From Amphiscolops sp. MND2022 (Eukaryota): 64,000 nt of DNA. This document shows positions 50,136 through 64,000 of the stretch, piece by piece. The stretch spans positions 19,594,001-19,658,000 of the forward strand of contig OZ076409.1 in the NCBI GenBank assembly GCA_964187785.1, read 5' to 3'. Position numbers and translations under genes: made by a program. The notes under the pieces are model-generated. The model saw nothing but the letters and a program-made list of their open reading frames with translations. It ran no database searches and was not told the DNA's origin. Each line of letters begins with the position of its first letter. Positions within the stretch are counted from its first letter, which is position 1.

Positions 50136-53100
50136 AAACAGTCTCTGACAATCTTTCAATGGGATGGTGCCCCGTGTTTGTCGACGACCAGGTCGTCATT
50201 ACTAACAACCTTAGACGATCCATACGGTACATACTTTATTCCAGTCACTCCAGCATAGCGATGATGACGTCCGAAGCGGAATTAATCAGGTGGCCAGAAA
50301 AGAAAAATGACATCGAGTATAAAGTGAAAGACTGCACACCATGCTTTGCATCAGGTGAAAACACCAAAAACCATTTACCGGAAAAAACACTACGAAAAAA
50401 ATAAAACAATTATCCGAAGGCGATCGAACAATACCAGTCGATGTTACCCGAAAACTACATAACAAAACCTACACTGTGAAAAACAAACGCTCATTGTGGT
50501 AAACAGCTTAGCAAATGACCGACCGTAAAAGTTTGCAAGACATCGGAACCCAAAGAATACAGGATTTTTCTCTCTAGCATTTTAATTTTGTGCGACTTAC
50601 TTGAGAAACCTAATTCTGACGAGGGGAGCACTATTTCAAAAGAATACCGGGAACTTTGTAAAAACCGGAACAATTAAAAAGAATACTGTGCTTATTGAAT
50701 GCATACGTGAAACGGAGTAGAAAGAGCAGTAGAAACACTCGAAAGTCTAATTATAGCGAAGGCCGAAAGTCTCCGAAAAAAAACTCTCTTGGATTGGATT
50801 TCTTTTCAACAGTATGAGAAAACAATATGACAAAACAATGAGAAAAACAAATAGAGAAAAACTATTTAAAAAATCATTAGAAGGGAAATTGGGAAACAAA
50901 ATACAACCTGCAGTAAGCGGAACCGAAAGTACCGTAAAAACGAACACCAGGAAGTTAACGAAAAGAAAATTGGTTTCGGGACCATGACTTCAGAACAAAA
51001 AGAAAGCGAGATAACCTGCTATTAACACAAGCGGTGAAATAAATCCGAAAAACCGGTATTTCTTACAGGGCCTGGATGAAAAATAGGGCCTTTGGCACAA
51101 AGTTCTACGAGGCATTTAGAGCAGTAAAACCAAACCAGTGCTCATCGGAATGCAAGCGAAAAAGAAGTACGCGGTGAGAAAGCTTCACTAAGAAGATTGC
51201 AATGACAAGCCTTAAAGGAATGGGACACGTCCTGAGGATTGGCAACTGCAGAATAACAAAGCATATGACGCTAGCGTGGCCAGCAAGCGAGATCACCAAA
51301 TGGAGAAAAAGAAAAACCCAGACAACAATTAGCTTCTGGAGACAAATCTTGAGGAACGCTGACCTGGACCAAGACATCGTCGAAATGAAAGTCCACGACA
51401 AGACCTTTAAAAAACCCTGAGAAAACGAGAACACCATCTGGAACGATGGGAAGAAGAGGAGGCAGACGCAGAAAAAAAAGCAAGATCACAAAGAGAAAAA
51501 CTCACAAATACAACGTGTTAAGAATAAGGGAAGAAATGCCGGACAGTCGCGGGTCTGAAAGACTATATCACAAAAATGCACAAGAAAAATAGATAAATGG
51601 AGAAGTGCAACGACTGCGGGACGAATTTCTCAACAAAAACGTCACTAGCGAACCACCGGAAATTATGTCTAGGAGCAGCACCCGGCATTTGCCCACATTG
51701 CAACAATCAACAAAAGGAAATCTGGCAAAACACGTAGGAAAGTGTAGACAAGACAAAACTACCTACCAATCCCCCCAGGAGTGACACCGGCACAACGGCG
51801 AACGGAGAGCGCGCTGGCAAATAGAAAAAAGAACTCAACGTGAGAACCTACACGTATGGGTACGCAAGAAATGTGACGTATGTGTGTCCTGGTTGCTAGC
51901 CACGAACATATCAAGACACAGAAACAGAGTCAATGCCTTCTGGGGCTAGTTCTGGGCATGCCTCCTGAAGGCCAAAAAGCCCGACTAATAGCCAGTCAGC
52001 CGGAAGAAACCGGAACGCCAAAAACTTGTGACACTTCCAAACGTGACGGAAGATATGCGCCAATACGGAGCAATGCGGAAGACGATGCAATTCAGATACA
52101 CGGGTGATATCGGTGAAAAATTGGAAACACTAATAAGTCGATCAAACAGAAATAGTAAAAAACAATGTAGGTACGGTAGCATACCTTACACTGGATAGTT
52201 TTGTGGCTGAAATATAAATTGTTTATTGGATGCTGTTTATATTACAGTGATTCCTCATGTCAGACACAAAGGAACACCCCAGATGAAGTTAATTCGGAAA
52301 CCGTCGGATTTCCTACCAGGAGATGCTACGTCCTCGGGAACAGCCAGCCGAATTTCAGAAAGAGAAAAAAAGGGGAGAATGTTTTATTCGGTTCATTCCG
52401 GTTCCTGGCCTCTATCGAGTTTCGGTTGATAGACTGTCTAGAAAACCAGGAGTTGTTTACCAACAAACGCGAAATAGACAGTTAATTAAAAGATACATTA
52501 TATACTTTATAGTATCTGAAATAGAGTCGTTCAAACTAGAGATAGTATTTTAATTGTATTCTTTTCTCTTAGTTGCTAGTTTGATAGATTAGAACACACT
52601 TTCTCCAACACAGATCACAACACCCGAATGAATATCAAGGCGCCCGCTGTACACCGGGATGTTTTCCGCTTTCGAAAGCGATGGCTTTTTTCGAACCTCC
52701 GCCTCCTCCTTAGCATAATGCAATATAGTTCGGATATAACGTCAAAAAATAGGATATAACGCAATAATTTTGAGCAAATGGCAGGTCTTTAATAAGCACC
52801 AGGAGATAATATAAAAATAGAGTAAAACGTGGAGATTTGGCAAAGTTTGGAAAAAATGCAACACAGATTATAATTTTCCTGCCCAATTCATGAGGGCGGA
52901 AAATGATAAAATCAATAATTGAACCGGAAAATCTTCAAAACTAACTTTTTTTTAGTCCGTCGTGTCGCGGCGTCACTAAGAAACAGTGTAATGTTTTTAG
53001 CGCATAGTAACTGTTTTGAGCTGAACAACGCTTGTGAAAACAGCGCATTGTTCGTTCATGCTTTAAACAAAATCTGCATGGAACACGCATTGAAACACAC

Positions 53101-53767
53101 TAGTAGCGCTATAAAAAATTTTTGAAACAAATTTTTAGCGCGGTGTAACTTTTTTCAAACGAAGAAGTCCTTTAAATTTTCAAACTTCAAACAGGAATAG
53201 GCTTTTCTATAGTTCATATATTTGAAGCTATAGTTAAAAACACCTGAATAGAGATCAGTTGGAGATCGCTTTTAGTTTCACCGCGTGCTTGCGATTACGA
53301 ACAGCAAAAAAATCTGAAGGTTTTTGCGTCCGGGACACGTTCCAATCTGTCAATAAACCAATTTTGACTCCTAGAGTGGGTGTGCATTGGGCGGATGTCC
53401 CGCTTCTCCAATGATGTACGATCGGTCCCAGTCTGTAGAAATGACGGGCATAATGCCTGGCTAGAACTACTGTCCAAATAGTCTTCAAAAACAATGCCAT
53501 GAAAAAAAGCGTTCATTCGTAAAAGGTGATCAATTAATTTTCATGGGTAATAGCAAATTGCAACAAGGACAGTAGCTCACGATTACATATTTCTTCCTAT
53601 GCAATTTCGACCTATACTAATTTTGGCTAATTACTGCTAACTTGATTAAGTAATTATTTCAGTACAATTGTTAGTGATAAACCAAAAAGCTTTAATTATT
53701 GGTAATTATTCATGAAGAAGCCAAAACGGATCAAAACTTGCGTGAAATTTAGCACATTTGAATTTAG

Positions 53768-54077
53768 GGATCGCTTTCACTATGTCCCCCCTACAGCTTT
53801 AGGGGGGACAAAGTGAAACACTATTAAATACATGTATAGCACATTTTAATTGCGCAGATATGCTCTTATCTAACAACGCTTCTGATTGGCTGAGTGGGGA
53901 TTTTTATAATAAGAGCTAATGAAAAGTGTCGTTAGTTACGACGACATCAACTGATTGAAAGAAGAGCATGAGAGATTAGCCAATAGGAGATGAATATAAA
54001 TGAGCCACAAATATTTTTTTCTCTAGGGGGGACATAGTGTAACGGGTGATATAGGGGGGACATTGTGAAAGAGATCC
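53768..54077. mobile_element. MITE, same family as 21401-21714
   Basis: ggatc..tttcactatgtcccccc TIRs; perfect TSD gaatttag. Confidence 0.92.
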
Positions 54078-54118
54078 GAATTTAGAAATGTATGTGAATA
54101 AAAACCACCTAAAATAAT

Positions 54119-54561
54119 GGGATGCGGAAATTTCGTCGCTTGAAATTTTTTCGTCAGATATTTCGTCGTATTGACTAAAATTAACAGCGTTCACGAATAA
54201 ATATTATTTGAATTATTCATTTATTTGATTATTAAAATTGTTGCTTCGAGAGATCCTCAGGTCAAGTTTCATTTTGACACCAAAAGTGAGTCAAAAAGTT
54301 AATTGCATTCAATTAACTCATCAAAACTCTTATTGAGCAATGGTATTTTTCAGTCCTGAGCTTTTTCTCTCAAAATCATAACTAAAAGTAGTCAATGATA
54401 GCAACAATTGCACAATTAACGATAATCAAGACTCAATAAAACTAGACCTAATAGATTATATAAATGTGACAATTTATAGAACGTAATTACCGACGACTTA
54501 ATTACTGCTGGCGAAGAAAATTCTGACGTCGGAGTTTCCGACGACAAAATTTCTGGTTATC
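54119..54561. mobile_element. Degenerate foldback MITE
   Basis: Arms aaatttcgtcg / cgacgacaaaattt; TSD aaaataat / aaaataaa. Confidence 0.55.
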
Positions 54562-54636
54562 AAAATAAATTTATATAACTAATTATGATTCATCAGACAA
54601 AATTAGTTTAAGTCGTAATTGCGGAAGGTTGAAAAT

Positions 54637-55672
54637 GGGCGTGCGTTCATTTCACCGCAAAATAATTTCACCCTATATCATTTCACCCCACATTCAATTC
54701 ACCCCCCCCACGTTCATTTCACCCCACATTCATTTCACCCCACATTCATTTCACCCCACGTTCATTTCACCCCACTTTCAATTCACACCATATTGTAGTT
54801 ATACAAAAGTGTCTCACCTTAATTAACCAATTATTAATTAACCTTTGATGCCTACTGTCTCTGAGATGGCTTTGATTTGATTGTCAATTTCTGGCCTGTA
54901 GGAAATTTTTACCGTAGGAAAACGGAATAGGATATGTTTTGCTGAAGATTCGCAGCATCCATAATTGTAGTCTTTAATTGACGGAAAAATGATTTTATTT
55001 CAGCGCCTGGTTCAGAAGTATTACAATTCCGATACGTGAAACTTTCCGGTTCCGATTTTGTGATTCACATAGCAAGCATCATTTGCTTATCTAATTGGTA
55101 ATTATATTCAAGACGCTTGTCATTAAAATTGTATGGCAATAGTGATTAATCTGAGTCGCATTTGATAATTTAAATGTGGGGTGAAATAAACGTGGAGTGA
55201 AATGAATTTGGGGTGAAATGATGTGTTGTGAAATGATATGTGGTGAAATGAACGTGGGGTGAAATGGGTGTCCGGACATTACGCCCAAAGACATTACGCC
55301 CAAGGACATTACGCCCAAAGCGGACATTACGCCCAAATGTAAATTACGCTCAAGGAAATTACGATAATGTAATCAGCTATGCTCACATACCCCTAGTGCC
55401 CTAAATGCAGGAGCGAAGCGAAGCGGAGCGACGTGCCAATTTGGCCATGCCTCAATGTTGCTACTTGGCGGAGGGAGCGAAGCGACCGAGCCATACAACA
55501 AACATGCTAACCTCTTCAAATAATAACCTGAAAAAAATCGCTGCTATTCTCTTTGAATAGCCTAATTTCCTTGGGCGTAATTTCCGTTTGGGCGTAATTT
55601 CCTTTGGCGTAATGTCCTTGGGCGTAATGTCTTTGGGCGTAATGTCCTAGAACCGTGAAATGATACTAAACC
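54637..55672. mobile_element. Foldback MITE with atttcacccc repeat arms
   Basis: Left arm 54647-54790 and inverted right arm 55177-55265; TSD ttgaaaat / ttaaaaat. Confidence 0.75.
55267..55654. mobile_element. Foldback MITE (ggacattacgcccaa arms) nested in the right arm of the previous element
   Basis: TIR ggtgtccggacatt / aatgtcctagaacc; TSD gtgaaatg. Confidence 0.85.
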
Positions 55673-58600
55673 TTAAAAATGCAATAGGTTGAAATTGTGC
55701 GAGGTTGAAATGGCAACGGTTGAAATTGCATAAGATGAAATGTCCTGACACTGTAGCTATATGATCTAAGCAATATTTATCTCTGCCCAACAAGTCGCAC
55801 TGTGTAAATTACCACTGAGCTCAAAAGCTGGGGTTCCAAGCACCGAAAATTTCTACTTCGTTCCAGAGTTTTCACGGGCTATTGTTATCTTGTTCTCCCA
55901 TATTCGGAAAGGCGGACTGTCAAATGAACAATCAGTCATGCTCAGTGACTACGTCAACCATTCATTTCGAGTTTCTTAAATATCACGTTGGGGGGGGGGG
56001 TTGTTGTTACATTTAATTGAGAAAGATGTCAGAGCTAAATTCTAATATATGATTCTTCAACATTTTTTCGTCAAAAGTTTTATGTGACATTTACACCGCT
56101 CGTAAAAAGTTGAAGTTAGATTTGGGAACTTTTGAAATAGCTGAAAATGCAGTTTTTCATCTATATCCGGAGCGTGATAATGATTGTTTAACAACATGTC
56201 ACTGATTTCATTTATATCTTTTATTTCCGTGTGAACAGAAAATACTTTTGAAATAAAATCAGTTGTTCTTTTCGTTCTCTCTGCATTTTTTAGAAGCTGT
56301 CAGCGGAGGAAAACTTCTTGAACTTCAAGAAAGTAAGTGAAATTGTGAAGGGTCTAATCGTTTTTTTTTCACTCTGCAGATATCTCAAGGAAGTTGTCTA
56401 CTCATCAGCTTAGAGACTTGCAATATCTCTTCAATAACAGAAATTCAAAGCATCAAGTTAACAGCCATCTAGGAAACCAGTGTGGAAACCTGGGGTCTTC
56501 TTGTATCATGAAATCAAAGACTCCAAGGTTGTCTCAACGTGTACATCTACCATACATGTTCCTTTTATTGAACTACATATGATTACAGAAACTGAGTCAT
56601 TGACTGGTAATCATAAAAGGAATCATTGAGCATAATTTACGATGCGTTTGTCAGATTGTGTTTGCACGGAAACGAAGCAAGCTGGAGCCTGGCTTGACAA
56701 AACTGTCGTCGGAATTCACAAAATAAATCCTTCTTAAAACTACATGTCTACATGAATAGTTCATGTACCTGAGGAAAAATTTATCAACTATTTCTTTTTT
56801 TTGTGATATCAATCTTTTGGAAGCAAAGCAAACGGTGTGATTTGGACATTGAAATGGAAATTTAACATACTTGCGACGACGAGCGTTGAAGTAAATCCAA
56901 AAGTTATGGAAATTTATGGATAGGACGGAATGTGTATTCCCAAACTTGAAGAACAAGATTAATCACTCATCAACTGCTGATCTGAGCTCGAGGTCAAACT
57001 GCCATGACAAAGCCAGTGACATGTCAACACTGCCAGAAGGGTTTTTTGTGTTTCAGAAGAACGACCTCTAGTTGAATTTGCTTGAAGTTTTGAAGTTTCA
57101 CTATGTTTTTGTGAGTTGCCAAGCACATTTACCATAAATTTATGAAAAACTGCATTCTCCAGCGTGAAATTTGAAGAACAATGATCTGTTAGTCGAACAG
57201 TTGACAATCGAAAATGAGAAATGGTTTCAATTTTGATTCAAAAAGCTGCGTTGTAACTGTGCAAACTTCTTCCATTCTTTTTTCCAAACTCCCAAAATTC
57301 CACTGACTACACAGTAACAATCAAATGCATGAATGTAACCTGGAACACTAGTTCCAGTAGGGACACCTATAGGGCGAATATTTATAGTTCTTGTGGCAGA
57401 AAAAACTTGTTTCCCCATTATTGCGAGGTGGGCGATAAAATAGCTGTTCTTTTTGGGACACGAGCTTTGCGAGATGCCCATATGGTGACGTTTTTTTTTT
57501 CGCAGATTTCGTGACATGTGCCAATTTTTCAAACTTGTGAGGCAAATTTCTCAAAACCCAGAACAGATATGGACACCATGTTTTCGCTAAAAGTTGCGCA
57601 GGATCCTAGGCTACATTTTCGCCGAAAAAAGTTTTCGAAAGAAAAATTCGGCTTCATGGGATTTTTTCAAAAGAAATTTTGAAAAAACGCTATTTTTGAC
57701 AATTTTTCATCTTTGATCTCCTATATCTCAAAACTGCGACCGAATACAATGTCCATGGTCTCGTGAATTGTACAAGCGTTTTATAGGCTACATTTTGGCC
57801 TAAAATGACGTCAAAAGTTTTTTCATACTCGGTGTTTTTGGGCAAAAAAGAGGACAAAAAATTTTTCGAAAAATCTTTTCTCATTCCAAGCTCATATTTC
57901 TCAAAACTGATAAAAGATACAGAAACCGTTCTCTTTCGAGAAAAACAGCATAGATATAGGCTACTTTTGGGACCAACAAAGTTACTGTCATCAAGTATGA
58001 CGCCTTCGTTTTTCTGCCAAATAAACTTCCATTTTTTCAAAAAAATTTCTTGGTTCTTTTTTACTTGAGCTCGTATATCTCATGACCGAGACCAAATATG
58101 GGGTTCATGGTTTCGTTAATCTTACGAGGCCTATGTAGAAAACGTTTTGGGTTGAAAGTGATGTGGAAATCTTTTTCGCTCTAGATTTTTTTAGCAAATA
58201 AAGTAATAAAAAATTTTTTTCTGAATTTTTTCCATTTTTTTCTAATTTGTAGCTAATTTTTCTCGAAACTGAAAATAGATACGAACACCATTCTCCCTAA
58301 CAAAGTGAGGCAAGTATGTAGGCTACTTTTTGTACTATCAAAGTTTCCGTCATGAAGTATGACGCTTTCGGGTTTCTGCCAAAAATACATTTTTTCATTT
58401 TTCTCAAAAAAATTTTCCTTCATCTTTTTAGTTCTTTCATCAAAATATCCTCATCTGAGACTGGATAAGTTCACAAGGTTGTAGGCCCTGGAACACAAAG
58501 AATTTGTAACATCTTCTGCAGACCATTGATTGTTTCTGCTCGTGCACAAGCGCGACATGCCGTCGCGCCTATGTTTTCCAATTCAATACCCTTTTTGGCT

Positions 58601-59445
58601 AATATCTCCCCATAGCAAGAAATGGTGAGTATTTGCAGCACAGTGGTTAAGAAGTCTTTTCAGAGCAGCGTCGTGAACCACTTGTCAGCTTGAATCGGTT
58701 GCTGCCATGATAATTTGCCCCAAGATTACAAATGGCTGATTTTAATTTTGACTAACAATTTTGAAATTTGTTTAAAAATTAACCCTAAATGGACCAGGAC
58801 ATTTCCGGATCCATCCAAAAATCTGGTGTTTAAACGTTAAACCTCAATATCTCCTAAACTATTCAAGTCCGACAAACGATTCATGGCGCGCTCGAAAGAA
58901 GAACATCAGGACTTTCAATTTGATTTTTTAACTGCTGGGCTGGAGGCTTCGCCGCACTGGCTCCGGACTTTGCGCCAAAACTTTGCACTCCCCGTGTCTA
59001 TGATTGCATTTCAGCATGTTTCAACACATGCCAGGGTTACTTTGACTTAATCTTGAAACCAGTGGGATAAAAAGGCCAGAAATGAAAACTGGGAAAACGG
59101 AAAATCTGCGCTAAAATTTTTTCAGATTTTTTGGTGCCATTTTCATGATTTCAGAGACATCATGTCAATGTTCCGTGAAATCGCGTGCGATGGTATGTAA
59201 AATCGTCTGAAAATTATTTCAAGAGTTTTCTTCACCATACGGTCAGCTGGATCGTTTAGAAGTTTGCAGAATTTGACTGGTACGAAATCGTACCATGGTC
59301 CATTTAGAGTTAAATATTCGTTGAAAATTTTAAAACAAATTGACGACAAAAATAGCTCTCGTCAGTAACTGTTGGAAAAGGGAGTGATAAATTCGTAGGG
59401 CCACTTTTTCGCTTTTTTAAAAAGGATTAAAGGATTTGTCACGAA

Positions 59446-62400
59446 TGTAAGTTTATAAACTTTACTTTTGGGTCTTTGCTTGAGTGAACTTTAGGCGGTG
59501 ATTGTTGAACAACCAATGATTGAGTCAGTTGTGTGAATGAAAAGTCGTAATGCAAAGTTGTAGTTGTAGTGAATCATTGACTTCTCCATTACAGCCAGCC
59601 TCATTTTACCTTGGTAAAATAATTAGGCCTAAGTCCTTTTTCTTAGGGAGTCTGCTGCGTTCCAAACATTAAGAATAAGTTGAAAATGAAGTGTTGAAGT
59701 GTTCAGACAAAAAATGTCTCTGCTGTTCTGTTGTGTGTTGAAGTATCCTGTTGCTGAGTTGTGTTCTTGTACATTGTGCAATGATCTGTGCTTCCTCTTC
59801 TTCTTCATCTTCGTCGGAGTTGTCGTCGTGGTGCCAGGCGATAACCTGGAATTGTGAACGTTCCTGTTTTTGTCTTAAATTCGTACTGACGTGGCTGCTG
59901 TGTGTCGTTGTCGGCGATAGCTGAGATTCTTCCAATTGGCCAAAGACCTCTCGGTATGAAATCTTTGAGGATCCAAACTGTTTGGCCAACTTTTAGAGGT
60001 GTTGTACGTTTTAGCCATTTTTGTCTGGGTAGAAGTGTCGGCAGGTATTCCTTGATCAAGCGCTTCGAAACATGATCTGCAATTAATTTTGCGTACTTCC
60101 ATCTTCTGCTCTGAGTGACTTGACTCGTTTTTTTGTCGAAATGTCCAAGTGGCACCTTGACGTGTGTCCTCCCGAGAAAAAAATGGTTCAACGTGAGGGC
60201 ATTTGTGTCGTTGATGACAGTGGAAACGTCAGTTATTGGTCGATTGTTCAGGAACACTTCAATCTCATTATTCAAGGTGGTGGCAAAGGTTTCATCGGTT
60301 AGTGTCTGAGATCCAATGACCGGATAAAGAGCGTTTTTGCAAGACCGTAAAAGGCGCTCCCATATTCCACCGAAATGAGGTGCGTGTGGTGGAATAACAT
60401 TCCATTTGATTTCTTTGTTTACCAAGAATGCCTGAAGTGATGAACTCTTGAAGATGAGCTGTAAATCTTTGTCGGCGGCGACGAAATTCGTTGCTTTGTC
60501 TGATACGAGAAGTACAGGGAATCCACAGCGAGCGGGAAAACGGCGTAAAGCGTTAATGGTGACAGCTTCTGAAACGTCTGGGCACATTTTGAGGTGGACG
60601 GCGCGGGTTGTAAGGCATGTGAAAATTTGTGGTGGTGTGCCATAAGCATGTTGAGGGCGGCAGTCGAAGCAATGCGTTATGACGCGACGAATGACTGAAC
60701 GAGCTGATGTTACCCAAAAGGTTTACTGAAGAACAAAACGGGTGTGTAGATAAACCATAGTGTTGTTCCTGGCGAGAATGAGCAACTGTGAGATTGAATG
60801 CTTGCCATCTAATATGATTGGGCGTTTTGTGTCATGGTCAAGTTGAGAGAATCCGTTGGGGGCAGATATGAGGTGTTAATGTTTTGATGCGGCTGTTGGT
60901 TGGCAGTGGTTGTTCCGACTTTTGGGCTTTGTGTTGGTGAATTCGGCAGCTGTGAGGTACGGCGGTAGTGAGGTACGATATTGAGAGTTTTTGACGGAGT
61001 TACGGAAAATAGGAACCGCGGTAAACAAAAGCTGTGATACGTACAAAGCGAAACGAAGAAGAAAACTTAGTAAAATTGTTGGGGAATTTGATTGTTTGTG
61101 TGAGTTGAGCGCGGTGGAAAACAGCATTGATTGACTTATCGGATACGGCTGGTTGCGAAGAAGTTTGTACTATGTCAGTAGGCCAGTTTTCTGGCGTCTT
61201 CATCTGAAAAGCTGGACCTGTAAACCAGCGGCAATGGTAAGTTAGATCGGCGATGGGTATATCTCTTGTAGCGTCATCCACGATGTCTATGTCGCCGGGA
61301 CTGTGACGCCACTGATTAACAGTAGATGTTTCAAGACTTTCAAAAACACGTTTGGCGATAAAAATTTGTTGTCGTTCATTTGAATTTCAGATCCATTGAA
61401 TGACGGTGCTGCTGTCGGACTCGTAAAATGTTTGAGTTATCGGTAAGGTTGATTCTCTGTTGACGAAGTTGGCGATACGCGTGGCAAGCTCGACTGCTTG
61501 GAGTTCGAGTTTTGTTATTGTATGTTGCTTGAAAGGAGCAACACGTGCTTTTCCCAAAAACAAATGCGGTATCAAATGTGTCAGTGTTGGATAAATCATA
61601 AACGAGATAGGCAACGGCGGCGAAAGCGGAGTACGAAGCGTCGCAAAATTAGTGGAGAGACAATTGTGTGTAGTCATGTATGAATAGATGTCGAGATAGT
61701 ATTGGAGAACGAAGAGTTTCCAGTTCTTGAACGAAAGTTGTATTCCGGCAGATCATCGTTGGCGATTTGTTCATCGCGTTTATAATTTGTTCTCCTGAAT
61801 GACTGTTGAACGATTCGCAAGTGAATGACGATAGGTGCGATCATCCCTAAGGGATAGAATTGGGAAGAAATGATGCGGAGTAAGGTACGTTGGGTCGGTT
61901 GAAGATCCTGAAACTCGCTCAATTTAGAAACGTTAGCAGACACGGTGTGGTTTTCTATAATCCACGGTATTCCTAAGATACGTTGTTAGGCGTGCGGGAT
62001 GTCGGCTGGCGATAGAGCGCTATGTTCAGCGGGAACGGCGGTCAAGAATGATTCATTGGAGGGAACCTATTTAGTGAGGTTGAAACCACCTTTTTGTTGC
62101 ACACAGCGTTTATTGTCCTTGTGCTGGATGGCTTCTGAGATGGTGTCTGTAGATAGGTAGAAGTCGTCCATATAGAAATTTTCGTAAACGAGGCGCTGAA
62201 CGGACGGGTAGTCAGATGCGTGATTCGTGGAGCATGTCTGAAGAGCGTGATTAGCACTTGTAGGCAAACATTTTGCTCCGAAGACATGGCGGACGAACTC
62301 GCACATTTCGGGATCATCCTTTCCTCAGAGGAAACGAAGAAATTTTCGATCTTGTGGGCGGACCGAAACTTGCATGTACATTCCTTCGATGTCGGCGGAG

Positions 62401-63190
62401 ATTGGGAACATCATCTGACGAAAGCGTAAAATGACCCAAACAAGGTTTGCGAGGAGGTCGGGACCTTTGAGGAGCATGTCATTGAGACACGGTCCTTTAT
62501 ATTTTGCGGCGGCGTTACATACTCGGCGGAGTTTTGCTTTGGCATGACTATAATCACCATGTCCGGGTATGATCCATCAGTCGGGTAGGAATTTCATGAG
62601 ATTCCAGTTTACGAATGTATACTTTTAAATGTCTTTATCAATGGTGTCTTGGTACATGGCGTGTAGGTCGGGTTGTTGCGAGAGGCGATGTTTCATTTTC
62701 TTGAACTGTTGGATTGCAGCTGCGAAGTTATTCGGTAGCGAGGCAATGGGGTGCCAGAGAAGATCAACTTCGTGTCGACCATCCTTGAAGGTAGTTGTTT
62801 TCTGTAGCGTTGACATAGCGTGTCGTTCTTCTTTAGACATGGTGATTTCAGGCGAAGTGACATAGTTTTCGTTCTTCCAAAAACTTGCGAGGAGATCGCA
62901 GAGTTGATCATCGGATGTCGCGGGGGCGTTAATGATTGTGGCACGAAAAGTGAAATGTGATGATGTTTGATTAGGACCGGCGATGGTCCACCCAAGCTTT
63001 GTTTGGATGGCTCGAGGTGAGTTGTTATGTCCTTTGATCACCAGTTCCGGTGTGATGAGGTCGAAGTTGTCTTGACCGAGGATCACTGTATTTGAGTTGT
63101 CGGGTAGAATTGGAAAGCTGACGTCTTCAAGATGTTGATGTTGTTGACAAATTTAGTTTAGTGCTTGTGGTTCAGATGAATTGAGATTAA
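59446..63190 (-). pseudogene. pol: Decayed BEL/Pao LTR retrotransposon pol
   Basis: TKLGWTIAG, HVFGAKCLP, FYMDD, GGFNLTK, KARVAP..TITKLELQA, SDSSTVIQWI, PHAPHFGGIWERL and KEYLPTL..RQKW, in shifted frames. The left boundary is approximate. Confidence 0.92.
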
Positions 63191-64000
63191 GGTGATCCAT
63201 AACAAAAATGTTATGGAGGTTGAAATACCCCCCGTAACACCTATGCCCTCCTTGTGTGTTTCGAGAGCTCACCAGTTTCAGAATCGAACGAACTGCCAAA
63301 GAAACAATCATCTGATGCAACCTAACCTTCTGATATTGGCGCCACTTTTCAGAATCAAAACGCGATTAGTCCTTATATTATGTTTAAGAATGGCTACTGA
63401 CAAAGTTTTGAAAAATTCTCGGTTTGGAAAAATCCGAAGAGGTCCTTCAGGTTCTTAAACCTAATTCTCTAATTCAAAACATTATATAACAAAACGTTAA
63501 TGAAGAGTGCTAAACAACCCTAAGATCGACCAATTGCCTTCTTCTACCTTCGCAGGCGTAAAAACTGTCAGCAACTCATGTTACCGGACATCGTGAACAA
63601 AGTCTGTACAAAGTGGACAACTCAGATGCATTCTGTGATCTGGCGAAAAAAAACTGACAAGTCGTTTCCTGCATTAACTGCCAAAGTGTTTGGTGTTCCT
63701 TCAGTATAGAAACGCCGCTTTTTGCAGTGTATACAAAAATTCGTATTTTGGTAATACAAATAGTCACCAAGCCGAGAACGGCCCCAATTGGCACCTCACT
63801 CAAGTGAGGAAAACACAAAGTCCTTCAATTTATTTCAGAATCTTCTTTTGAGAAATGTTTAAACTAATGCACTGTCCCGAAGAAATTGCAAGGGGACCTC
63901 ATAGGGTCATCTTTGCTTCCTCGTGGTTCCTCTGGACCCTTTCTAATTTCGTAAAATAAAAACAGGTTTCGATGGGACCGTTTGAATTTGTTTTCGCTCA

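Larger units (their letters stand above)
46035..52596 (+). mobile_element. Heavily decayed Ty3/gypsy element of the same family as 38996-43915, in the opposite orientation
   Basis: LTR-like repeats at 46035-46258 and 52380-52596; PBS-like tggcacagtcagc (tRNA-Ser-like) at 46259; PPT at 52361-52379. Shared peptides RRANRLGGGYQ, NLPIV and ETGTP..DTS.RDGRY. No matching TSD. Confidence 0.85.

Noticed and set aside
56280..57210. Splice-like signals (GTAAGT at ~56333, ctgcag at ~56379) and Cys-containing short frames
   Set aside because: Frames are interrupted by stops and no family is recognisable. It could be a decayed gene, but this cannot be supported.
55798..58646. cactgtg / cacagtg heptamers as Transib ends
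   Set aside because: They face outward, with no extended TIR, TSD or transposase.

Overview
Repeat-dense eukaryotic DNA, probably from an invertebrate animal; no prokaryotic operons, RNA genes or CRISPR arrays were seen. The centrepiece is a young 14.8-kb Ty3/gypsy LTR retrotransposon on the minus strand (21732-36575). It has 1028-bp LTRs with about 3 differences seen by eye, a GCAAT target-site duplication, a -1 frameshift gag-pol junction and an open PR-RT-RH-IN pol. Between pol and the 3' LTR it carries a 7-exon gene on the OPPOSITE strand (23694-27951, about 1133 aa). All six GT-AG introns are phase-consistent, and the protein resembles a catalytically degenerate hAT transposase. The LTR also contains the first ~114 codons of gag and a second, internal PBS-like site. 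The rest of the window holds a non-autonomous LTR element with ~1.95-kb LTRs, two decayed gypsy copies, a BEL/Pao relic, a LINE RT relic, many Helentron/DINE-1-like elements, and nested foldback MITEs with 8-bp TSDs. All calls were made by eye, without database searches.
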